Below are positions 36,801 through 48,800 of a DNA stretch of 64,000 nucleotides, one piece after another (positions within the stretch are counted from its first letter, which is position 1; the number at the start of each line of letters is the position of its first letter). Source of the DNA: Macrostomum lignano. Lineage: Eukaryota. The notes beneath the pieces are model-generated. The model ran no database searches. It was not told the origin of the DNA and worked only from the letters and a program-made list of their open reading frames with translations. The position numbers and the translations under genes are program-made. Where the stretch lies: assembly GCA_002269645.1 (NCBI GenBank), contig NIVC01001579.1:1-64000 (forward strand), in the 5' to 3' direction.

Positions 36801-39800
36801 GACCCAGGCTCGATTCCAAGTGCAGTCACATTAATTTGGGGCTGAATTGGAATCTCGGCTTGGCTCTGCTCGTGCAATTAACGGCCTTGAGAGCCAACCC
36901 CCAAGGCGCAGTGAAGTGTACATGCCTAACGATAATATAAAGTTAGGGCCGCTGTACACTCCTGTGTGAGCGTGTGCCTGCGTACGTATCCGCGCGCTTG
37001 TATGCCTGCTCAGGGGAGTCGGCGGAATGGGCAGTAATGCCTCTCGCCAGTTGTGTGCCTATGTCGCTTAAAGTGCGCCAGGGTGCACACAACCCCGCTG
37101 CCTCTAATAAAAAAAACCTTCACGTGACCTTTAAACTAACCGTCACTCGACATTCAAAATAACCGTCACTTGACCTTTAATCTAACGATCACGTGACCTT
37201 CAAACTAACCTTCCCATGACCTTTAAACTAACCGTTACTTGACCTTTAAACTAACCGGCTCGTAACCTTCAAACTAACCTTCCCATGACCTTTAAACTAA
37301 CCGTTACTTGACCTTTAAACTAACCGGCTCGTGACCTTCAAACTAACCGTCACATGATCTTTAAACTAACCATCACTTGACCTTTAAACTAACCATCACG
37401 TGACCCTTGGGCTAACCGCCCAGTGACACCCAAGGACCTTCAAAAGTTCAAATGGCCAAAAAATCTGCGACGCAACAAATTTAGAAGACTAACCTGATTC
37501 TTATCCTTGGCTCCCCAGGGCAGGAACCAGCCAGTCCACAGTTCGGTAGCAAATATTGGCAAATTGGGGTTCCAGCCTTTGACAATGGACTGCAGCCACT
37601 TGGCATGCGCCTTGCTGTTGTAGTTGATGCCGGCGAACGCCCCGGCCAACGGCTTGGCGTGCCGGATGCCTTCGTCACCGTCGCTGGTAAACAGGGCTTC
37701 CACTACACCGCTGCGGCGCATCGAGTCTGCCAGGTGCTGCAGGTAGCGGCCGTTGTCGCCGTAGCTGCCGTACTCGTTCTCCACCTGAGTGAATGAATGT
37801 CAGTGAGTGAGTGAGTGAGTGAGTGAGTGAGTGAGTGAGCGAAAGAGTGAGTGAGTGAGTGAGTAAACGAAAGAGTGAGTGAGTGAGTGAGTGAGTGAGT
37901 GAGTGAGTGAGTGAGTAAGCGAGAGAGTAAATGATTGAATGATTGAATGAATGAGTAAGTGAGTGAGTGAGTGAATGAGTGTCAGCAAGTGAGTGAGTGA
38001 ATGAGTGAGCGAGTGAGTGAGTGAGTGAGTAAGTAAGTGAGTGAGTGAGTGAGTGAGTGAGTGAGTGAGCGAGTGAATGAGTGTGAGTGAGTGAGTGAGT
38101 GAGCGAGTGAGTGAAAGAGTGTCAGTGAGTGAGCGGGTGAGCAAAAGCCAACACTAAAAGCAAACCTGAAAGGCAATGATTGGCCCGCCGCGGCTCATCT
38201 GCAGGTCGGCAACCTCGTTGATGACCACTCTGAGGTAGTCCTCGGCGGCCTGCGTGAATCCCATGTACATGCTGCGGACTCGCATGTTCGGATCGGACAG
38301 GAGCCACCTGCGGTTGCAGGAGAATGGAGTCGAATGATATCAATAAGAATGCGTCAAAATTTTGGCCTCTCTATGCTTAGAGAAAAAAACTATCACAGCC
38401 TCCTATGGTAGAGCTCACCCCTTTAGTACATATAAATCGAAATATCACCCATAGAGTACATAGAAATCGAAATCTCACCCCTAGAGTACATAGAAATCGA
38501 AATCTCACCCCTAGAGTACATAGAAATCGAAATCTCACCCCTAGAGTACATAGAAATCGAAATCTCACCCCTAGAGTACATAGAAGTCGAAATCTCACCC
38601 CTAGAGTACATAGAAATTGAAATCTCACCCCTAGAGTACATAGAAATCGAAATCTCACCCCTAGAGTACATAGAAATCGAAATCTCACCCCTAGAGTACA
38701 TAGAAATCGAAATCTCACCCCTAGAGTACATAGAAATCGAAATCTCACCCCTAGAGTACATAGAAATCGAAATCTCACCCCTAGAGTACATAGAAATCGA
38801 AATCTCACCCCTAGAGTACATAGAAATCGAAATCTCACCCCTAGAGTACATAGAAATCAAAATTTCACCCCTAGAGTACATAGAATGCAAGCAAAAGGCA
38901 GAGAATTACTGACCCGGGCATGCCGCCGAACTCCCACTCGGAGCAGATAAACGGGCCCGGCCTGAAAATTACGTAGAGCCCCAGCTCCTGGGCCAGCTTG
39001 AAAAATTTTCTACAATTTTTTATCGAACGGAACGCGTGCATTAGCTCAACTTTGATAAAATGCCCTTCAAAATGCATTGCGTCAGATCTCAGTTCCCGTC
39101 GCCCAGCCCCTAAACTCTCGATACCTCCTACTGCTCTACCTCTCCCTTTTACTGCTCTGCCACTCCGTTCTACTGCTCTACCTCTCCCTTCTACTGCTCT
39201 ACCTCTCCCTTCTACTGCTCTGCCACTCACTTCTACTGCTCTACCACTCACTTCTACTGCTCTACCTCTCCCTTCTACTGCTCTACCTCTCCCTTCTACT
39301 GCTCTACCTCTCCCTTCTACTGCTCTACCTCTCCCTTCTACTGCTCTACCTCTCCCTCCTACTGCTCTACCTCTCCCTCCTACAGCAATACCTTCCATTC
39401 TATGAATCTACCTCTCCCTCTCTATTCTATGACTCCCCCACTCTCTCTCTCTCCGACTCTACCACCATCCCTACAGGAATAGAGCTATGGCACAACCTCA
39501 CAATCAGCCTCTGAGACCCTGCCTCACTAGTGCTGTCCTTCTTCACCAGTGTGAATATCATAGTTATATACCAATTAGATGGCTACGCAAGAGTATTAAT
39601 GGACTAACTAACCTGACATTGAGCATGCCATTGAAATTGAAGTTGCCTTTAGTATCCTCGTGTAGATTCCAAGGTGCGTAGCTAATTGAAAAAAAGAAAC
39701 AATTTCATGCGCAAATAAAGACACAGGTGTTCAAACAAACAAACACAATATAGGTATAAACAGAATTGATTACAGGCAGAGTAACTCACGTCTCTACAGT

Positions 39801-42800
39801 ATTGAAACCGGCTGCCTTCAGCTTGAGCAGCCTATCACGCCAATAATCCTGTGGCACGCGGAAGTAATGAATTGCTCCAGATAGAATTTGAAACTTCACC
39901 CCATTCAGGTAGAATTGTCGATCTCGAAATGTTAGGCTGGCCTGGTTCAGGTTGGGAGGTTCAGACTGGGTTATTCAAGTGTCAGAGGTTCGGGGAGGGG
40001 TTCAGACTGGGTTATTCAAGTGTCAGAGGTTGGGGAGGGGTTCAGACTGGGTTATTCAAGTGTCAGAGGTTGGGGAGGGGTTCGGACTGGGTTATTCAAG
40101 TGTCCGAGGTTGGGGAGGGGTTCAGACTGGGCTACTTAAGTGTCAGAGGTTGGGGAGGGGTTCAGACTGGGTTATTCAAGTGTTGGAAGGGGTTCAGACT
40201 GGGTTATTCAAGTGTCAGAGGTTGGGGAGGGGTTCAGACTGGGTTATTCAAGTGTCAGAGGTTCGGGAGGGGTTCAGACTGGGTTATTCAAGTGTCAGAG
40301 GTTCGGGAGGGGTTCAGACTGGGCTCTTCAAGTGTCAGAGGTTGGGGAGGGGTTCAGACTGGGCTATTCAAGTGTCAGAGGTTGGGAAGGGGTTCAGACT
40401 GGGTTATTCAAGTGTCAGAGGTTGGGGAGGGGTTCAGACTGGGTTATTCAAGTGTCAGAGGTTCGGGAGGGGTTCAGACTGGGCTACTCAAGTGTCAGAG
40501 GTTGGGGAGGGGTTCAGACTGGGCTACTTAAGTGTCAGAGGTTGGGGAGGGGTTCAGACTGGGTTATTCAAGTGTTGGAAGGGGTTCAGACTGGGTTATT
40601 CAAGTGTCAGAGGTTGGGGAGGGGTTCAGACTGGGTTATTCAAGTGTCAGAGGTTGGGGAGGGGTTCAGACTGGGCTATTCAAGTGTCAGAGGTTGGGAA
40701 GGGGTTCAGACTGGGTTATTCAAGTGTCAGAGGTTGGGGAGGGGTTCAGACTGGGCTATTCAAGTGTCAGAGGTTGGGGAGGGGTTCAGACTGGGTTATT
40801 CAAGTGTCAGAGGTTGGGGAGGGGTTCAGACTGGGCTACTCAAGTGTCAGAGGTTGGGGAGGGGTTCAGACTGGGTTATTCAAGTGTCAGAGGTTGGGGA
40901 GGGGTTCAGACTGGGCTATTCAAGTGTCAGAGGTTGGGAAGGGGTTCAGACTGGGTTATTCAAGTGTCAGAGATTGGGGAGGGGTTCAGACTGGGCTATT
41001 TAAGTGTCAGAGGTTGGGGAAGGGTTCATGCAGACTGGGTTATTGAAGTGTCAGAGGTTGGGGAGGGGTTCAGACTGGGTTATTCAAGTGTCAGAGGTTG
41101 GGGAGGGGTTCAGACTGGGTTATTCAAGTGTCAAAGGTTCGGGGAGGGGTTCAGACTGGGTTATTCAAGTGTCAGAGGTTGGGGAGGGGTTCAGACTGGG
41201 CTATTCAAGTGTCAGAGGTTGGGGAGGGGTTCAGACTGGGTTATTCAAGTGTTGGAAGGGGTTCAGACTGGGTTATTCAAGTGTCAGAGGTTGGGGAGGG
41301 GTTCAGACTGGGCTATTCAAGTGTCAGAGGTTGGGGAGAGGTTCAGACTGGGCTATTCAAGTGTCAGAGGTTGGGGAGGGGTTCAGACTGGGCTACTCAA
41401 GTGTCAGAGGTTGGGGAGGGGTTCAGACTGGGCTATTCAAGTGTCAGAGGTTGGGAAGGGGTTCAGACTGGGTTATTCAAGTGTCAGAGGTTGGGGAGGG
41501 GTTCAGACTGGGTTATTCAAGTGTCAGAGGTTCGGGAGGGGTTCAGACTGGGCTACTCAAGTGTCAGAGGTTGGGGAGGGGTTCAGACTGGGCTACTTAA
41601 GTGTCAGAGGTTGGGGAGGGGTTCAGACTGGGTTATTCAAGTGTCAGAGGTTGGGGAGGGGTTCAGACTGGGCTATTCAAGTGTCAGAGGTTGGGGAGAG
41701 GTTCAGACTGGGCTATTCAAGTGTCAGAGGTTGGGGAGGGGTTCAGACTGGGCTACTCAAGTGTCAGAGGTTGGGGAGGGGTTCAGACTGGGCTATTCAA
41801 GTGTCAGAGGTTGGGAAGGGGTTCAGACTGGGTTATTCAAGTGTCAGAGGTTGGGGAGGGGTTCAGACTGGGTTATTCAAGTGTCAGAGGTTCGGGAGGG
41901 GTTCAGACTGGGCTACTCAAGTGTCAGAGGTTGGGGAGGGGTTCAGACTGGGCTACTTAAGTGTCAGAGGTTGGGGAGGGGTTCAGACTGGGTTATTCAA
42001 GTGTTGGAAGGGGTTCAGACTGGGTTATTCAAGTGTCAGAGGTTGGGGAGGGGTTCAGACTGGGTTATTCAAGTGTCAGAGGTTGGGGAGGGGTTCAGAC
42101 TGGGCTATTCAAGTGTCAGAGGTTGGGAAGGGGTTCAGACTGGGTTATTCAAGTGTCAGAGGTTGGGGAGGGGTTCAGACTGGGCTATTCAAGTGTCAGA
42201 GGTTGGGGAGGGGTTCAGACTGGGTTATTCAAGTGTCAGAGGTTGGGGAGGGGTTCAGACTGGGCTACTCAAGTGTCAGAGGTTGGGGAGGGGTTCAGAC
42301 TGGGTTATTCAAGTGTCAGAGGTTGGGGAGGGGTTCAGACTGGGCTATTCAAGTGTCAGAGGTTGGGAAGGGGTTCAGACTGGGTTATTCAAGTGTCAGA
42401 GATTGGGGAGGGGTTCAGACTGGGCTATTTAAGTGTCAGAGGTTGGGGAAGGTTTCATGCAGTTTGGGTTATTGAAGTGTCAGAGGTTGGGGAGGGGTTC
42501 AGACTGGGCTACTCAAGTGTCAGAGGTTGGGGAGGGGTTCAGACTGGGTTATTCAAGTGTCAGAGGTTGGGGAGGGGTTCAGACTGGGCTATTCAAGTGT
42601 CAGAGGTTGGGGAGGGGTTCAGACTGGGTTATTCAAGTGTTGGAAGGGGTTCAGACTGGGTTATTCAAGTGTCAGAGGTTGGGGAGGGGTTCAGACTGGG
42701 CTATTCAAGTGTCAGAGGTTGGGGAGAGGTTCAGACTGGGCTATTCAAGTGTCAGAGGTTGGGGAGGGGTTCAGACTGGGCTACTCAAGTGTCAGAGGTT

Positions 42801-45800
42801 GGGGAGGGGTTCAGACTGGGCTATTCAAGTGTCAGAGGTTGGGAAGGGGTTCAGACTGGGTTATTCAAGTGTCAGAGGTTGGGGAGGGGTTCAGACTGGG
42901 TTATTCAAGTGTCAGAGGTTCGGGAGGGGTTCAGACTGGGCTACTCAAGTGTCAGAGGTTGGGGAGGGGTTCAGACTGGGCTACTTAAGTGTCAGAGGTT
43001 GGGGAGGGGTTCAGACTGGGTTATTCAAGTGTCAGAGGTTGGGGAGGGGTTCAGACTGGGCTATTCAAGTGTCAGAGGTTGGGGAGAGGTTCAGACTGGG
43101 CTATTCAAGTGTCAGAGGTTGGGGAGGGGTTCAGACTGGGCTACTCAAGTGTCAGAGGTTGGGGAGGGGTTCAGACTGGGCTATTCAAGTGTCAGAGGTT
43201 GGGAAGGGGTTCAGACTGGGTTATTCAAGTGTCAGAGGTTGGGGAGGGGTTCAGACTGGGTTATTCAAGTGTCAGAGGTTCGGGAGGGGTTCAGACTGGG
43301 CTACTCAAGTGTCAGAGGTTGGGGAGGGGTTCAGACTGGGCTACTTAAGTGTCAGAGGTTGGGGAGGGGTTCAGACTGGGTTATTCAAGTGTTGGAAGGG
43401 GTTCAGACTGGGTTATTCAAGTGTCAGAGGTTGGGGAGGGGTTCAGACTGGGTTATTCAAGTGTCAGAGGTTGGGGAGGGGTTCAGACTGGGCTATTCAA
43501 GTGTCAGAGGTTGGGAAGGGGTTCAGACTGGGTTATTCAAGTGTCAGAGGTTGGGGAGGGGTTCAGACTGGGCTATTCAAGTGTCAGAGGTTGGGGAGGG
43601 GTTCAAACTGGGTTATTCAAGTGTCAGAGGTTGGGGAGGGGTTCAGACTGGGCTACTCAAGTGTCAGAGGTTGGGGAGGGGTTCAGACTGGGTTATTCAA
43701 GTGTCAGAGGTTGGGGAGGGGTTCAGACTGGGCTATTCAAGTGTCAGAGGTTGGGAAGGGGTTCAGACTGGGTTATTCAAGTGTCAGAGATTGGGGAGGG
43801 GTTCAGACTGGGCTATTTAAGTGTCAGAGGTTGGGGAAGGGTTCATGCAGACTGGGTTATTGAAGTGTCAGAGGTTGGGGAGGGGTTCAGACTGGGTTAT
43901 TCAAGTGTCAGAGGTTGGGGAGGGGTTCAGACTGGGTTATTCAAGTGTCAAAGGTTCGGGGAGGGGTTCAGACTGGGTTATTCAAGTGTCAGAGGTTGGG
44001 GAGGGGTTCAGACTGGGCTATTCAAGTGTCAGAGGTTGGGGAGGGGTTCAGACTGGGTTATTCAAGTGTTGGAAGGGGTTCAGACTGGGTTATTCAAGTG
44101 TCAGAGGTTGGGGAGGGGTTCAGACTGGGCTATTCAAGTGTCAGAGGTTGGGGAGAGGTTCAGACTGGGCTATTCAAGTGTCAGAGGTTGGGGAGGGGTT
44201 CAGACTGGGCTACTCAAGTGTCAGAGGTTGGGGAGGGGTTCAGACTGGGCTATTCAAGTGTCAGAGGTTGGGAAGGGGTTCAGACTGGGTTATTCAAGTG
44301 TCAGAGGTTGGGGAGGGGTTCAGACTGGGTTATTCAAGTGTCAGAGGTTGGGGAGGGGTTCAGACTGGGTTATTCAAGTGTCAGAGGTTGGGGAGGGGTT
44401 CAGACTGGGCTACTCAAGTGTCAGAGGTTGGGGAGGGGTTCAGACTGGGCTACTCAAGTGTCAGAGGTTGGGGAGGGGTTCAGACTGGGTTATTCAAGTG
44501 TTGGAAGGGGTTCAGACTGGGTTATTCAAGTGTCAGAGGTTGGGGAGGGGTTCAGACTGGGTTATTCAAGTGTCAGAGGTTGGGGAGGGGTTCAGACTGG
44601 GCTATTTAAGTGTCAGAGGTTGGGAAGGGGTTCAGACTGGGTTATTCAAGTGTCAGAGGTTGGGGAGGGGTTCAGACTGGGCTATTTAAGTGTCAGAGGT
44701 TGGGGAAGGGTTCATGCAGACTGGGTTATTGAAGGGTTCAGATGGCTATTCAAGACTGGGAAATATAGCAATGATTTTGCTAAAGGCATTAACAATTGGC
44801 AAGACTTGTATTTTGAATTACAAATACTTTATATAGTGCTGTTATAAATCTCCATACTTTACTTAATCTATATTTGCCAAATAGTTAAATTAGTTTTATT
44901 TCTTAGTAAATATAGCATTATAAATTCAAGCCAATTTTGTTTTCCAATGCTATTTATAGATAACAAGGTTAACATATTTTTTACTAAGCATACTAAGTAA
45001 AAGTTTTTGTGCAAATGCGATCATAATGCCTAATAGGCAAAATGTAGAAAATTTTAAAATACCAAAAGTTTTATAATTTTTCTTACTTAACCAATTATCA
45101 AAGTAAGGTGTCTTTTTACTTAGGCAAATAAGATTTATCAAATCAAAAAATAGTAAAACTATAACTATCAAAATCTCACTAGAGTTCATATCATGTTTTT
45201 GATCTTCTAATTTTAATAAAGCCTAGTCTAAGTGGAACTGCACTCAGGACAATGTATATATTGTTATTATTGAGGCTATCATTTTAATATAATGGTACTA
45301 AACAATATATGCTTAAAAGCTAGCCTTAGGCGTAAAATGCCTAGGGATCATATAAAAATGTTTTTAGCTATTTTTGCTACTACCAATGCCTTTAATTCTT
45401 TTTTCCCTTTAAAGCAGACATAAATTACTAAAAGTTATTTCCTAACTAGGGATGACAAAGCTAATCTGTTAAAAAATTAAAACAATTAGAAGTTGTTAAT
45501 ACTTCGGGTGTGTCATAAGTAATGTCAGTGCAGGCCTCTGTCTAAAATATGTAGGCACATGGACTTGTGGGTAGTGTAGCTGCAAAGTATACTTAGTGAA
45601 GCAATAGCAGTGCATTTGAGACGTGCATAGGTTGTTTATGGCCCAAGCTATCGCAAGAATACGCCAAGCAGATTTAGCAAGTGCAACGCGATGAAAAACC
45701 ATCTATGCAGCGAACAAAAATCACCATGAATCTCGACATGACGCCTGCACCAAGCAGATCCGCAAGGTGTTTAGCAGCCGGGGCTTGAATGACATCCTAA

Positions 45801-48800
45801 ACTGCCTGGTTGCTGAGGATGAAAGCTGGCTCCACCTGGATGGCAAGGGCAGCAAGGCAGATAATCGCTGCTGGCTGGGAGCTGGGGACTTCAGGCCGAT
45901 GGTGACTAGGAAGTCCATCTCGGACAAGAAGACCATGCTGCTGGTAGCCTTCACGCCAAACAAACGAGTCTCCATCTGCACAACTCCACCGAACACCAAG
46001 GTCGATGGCCAGTATTTTATCGACTTTGTCCGGCACACTGGAGACCTCTGGCGCACTGAGCCGCACTCTCCGGTCAAATCCATGTCACCGGGACGAAGTT
46101 CTGTGGCAGATGGACACCGCACGGCTGCACATCTGAAGGCTGTTTCGAATTTTCTGCCTGTACGGCGAGTGAATATGCTCTGACAGTCCCTACAGCCCAG
46201 ACTTCAACTTTTGCAAGAGATTCCTGTTCAAATGGCTGAAGGCTGACTTTTCCAAGAAGAGTTGCAAACCATGAAGAGGTCAAACAGGCCGCGTTGCACT
46301 GGTTATGGCAGTTGAAGGAAAAACACCTGCAGGCTGAGGTGGACAAGCTGTATGAGCACCGCCAGAGGGTGATTGATATTGGGGGACTCTATGTTGTTGA
46401 GTGGTACAGCTTTGTTAATCTGCGATTGCAAGTTTGTCTGTTTTCACATCAGTGACATTACTTATGACACACCCGAAGTATTTCAAGTATATCTACTAGA
46501 AAAAAATTGGTTAAAAATTAAAAAAATAATTTTTGCTTTGCATTTTCTACTTACTTTTTATACTCAAAACTTAAATTTTTTTTTCAATTTTAAAAATATA
46601 AAAGCAACTATTTTTATGGGTGACAGTTTTTTAACAGCCATTTTTATAAAAAAATAATATTATAGTTTGTTAATATCCCAATGAAAGCCCAATAAAGATT
46701 TATTTTTTCCTTATTATTAAGTACTTTTCTCTTCTTTCTAGTTTATACTTGATTTTCATACTATGTGGTTGCATTGCAAAGTTATTTATTTGCAAAAAAA
46801 CAATTTTTTATTAACTTTACTTTTTGTATGCATAGTGGCAAGTTATAGGACCCTCACTAATATCCTTAGGCCCTACTCCTAAGATGACATTTATGCCAAG
46901 AAAATTCCAATGCATAGAAACCTTCTCAGGTCAATAGCTTAGTGAATCTGATAGATAACATAGGTGCAATGTAGCAACATGGCATAATGCAGGCTATGCA
47001 ATGTTTAAAATATAGCATATCAATTTATATAAAAAGATAAAATATTATTTTTTAGAAATCTATCTAACTATATTTGAAACTACACTTTAAATCTCTTAAA
47101 AATAATCTATATAAGACATAACATTTTTTAATTTTGAAATATTTTATGGTCCACATTTTATCATAAAATTTTTTAATATTGTTAGAAAAATTTAGCTATA
47201 TTACAAAAATAATATTTAAACAAACTTTGGCTTAGGTCCTACATAGTTCTTAACAAAATTGACTAAATTTTGGCATTATGATAAAACTTTTTTCTAGTGC
47301 ACAATACACATTTTGTCCAAAAAATGTTCTAGCATACAGTGGACATAATATTAACTATGGCCTAGGCCAGGGGTTAGCAAACTTTGGCTTGCAGGCTAGT
47401 TCCCATACTCTCAAATTTATTACACAGTATGCCAGAAAAAATGACCCCTTACACAATAAATTTATATAAAACTGTAAGTTTATACTATAAAAAAACAAAT
47501 TTATTTGTCATATTAATATATACTAGACAATGGACATTATCAAAAAGGCATTGCAACAATAAAGGACATTTCCTACATTGTGACAATAGATTGTTCCATA
47601 TGCTAGATACTTTAAGCCAATCATATTTTTCATGTCAATATAGACCTAAGAATTTTCTAGTATACAAGCTGTTACAACCCACAGATTTTGAACCCAGGGA
47701 ATTCCAATCCCCGGAACTATTTTTGCATATATTGAGATTAAACTCAAACAAAAACTTTTATAAGTTGGGATAGAGTTAAACATAAAGTAGAGTACATTCA
47801 TGCAAAATTAGGATTTGAGGCAAACATTGACATTGTTGGCTGGGGTGCTGCACAGAATATTAGGAAAACTCTGGCCTCTACCTTTGCCTCTCCCTATGTC
47901 CCTTGTATCCTTTGAAACTTCTATCTTCCTTTCTGTTTTCTCACTTCTCTCTTGTCTCTTGTCTCTTCTCTCTCCTCTCATCTCTTCTTTCTTCTCTCCT
48001 CTGTCCCCTCTTCTTTTGTCTTTTCCCTCTCCCCTCTTATTCTTTTCTCTCTCCTCTCTTCTCTTCTTTCTTGTCTCTGCTCTCTATTGGAATAGGTTGA
48101 CAAAACGCGGACAACTGTCCATCACATTTTTGGATTCTCCTGGTGTTGCATTGCGCAACAGTGGTGTCAAGTGATGTGTCAAGTGGCGCGACACTGGAAA
48201 CCTGGTGTCGTCATGCGTCGCATAGCACGACACAACAATGTGGCAACTTGGCAGCTAGCGTTGTCATGTGTCACATTGCGGCTTGGATCTATAGCCAAAA
48301 CCTCGCAAACTGTGTTTCATTGTAATATTTTCACAGTTGTTTCCCAGTATTTAAATGTTCAAACATGTTTGATAATAACTAGTTCTTGAATTGTTCTTTT
48401 TTATTTTGACAGTAAAGTAACTAATACTTCAAATATAATTTTTAGAAATGTTACTTGTTGGTTACAATGCGTGCGCTGTTTTTCTAAGTGTTGTACCTTT
48501 GTTGTTTTACTGTTTTTTGTTTCTAAATTTCATTTCTTTTTCCGCAAAATTGAAAGGAATACTCTCGTCCCTCGCCCCATGGTCTCAGTGTTGGGAGTAA
48601 ATGGCAGAACAGGAATTGTCTATTGCAACCTGGCTGCTGTGGTATGACAGAGAAATACATAGACTTCTTTCTTAAACCGATTGCCCAAGTGCAACCCACT
48701 TTCATTAAGGACTCCTATGAGTTCAAGGCATACCTTATGGATAAAAACTGCATGGAAGGTTCGACTCTGGCAACCTGTGATGTCTCCATTCTACAAGTAC

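Noticed and set aside
36755-36830. tRNA gene (also the heads at 6620-6688, 52820-52889 and 56751-56820)
   Set aside because: A- and B-boxes are present, but there is no complete cloverleaf and each continues into a shared body with an A-tail, so these are SINE heads.
39851-44847. Many long overlapping ORFs (up to 647 aa) in the 40-bp array
   Set aside because: They are translations of a stop-poor minisatellite inside a beta-galactosidase intron, open in several frames at once.
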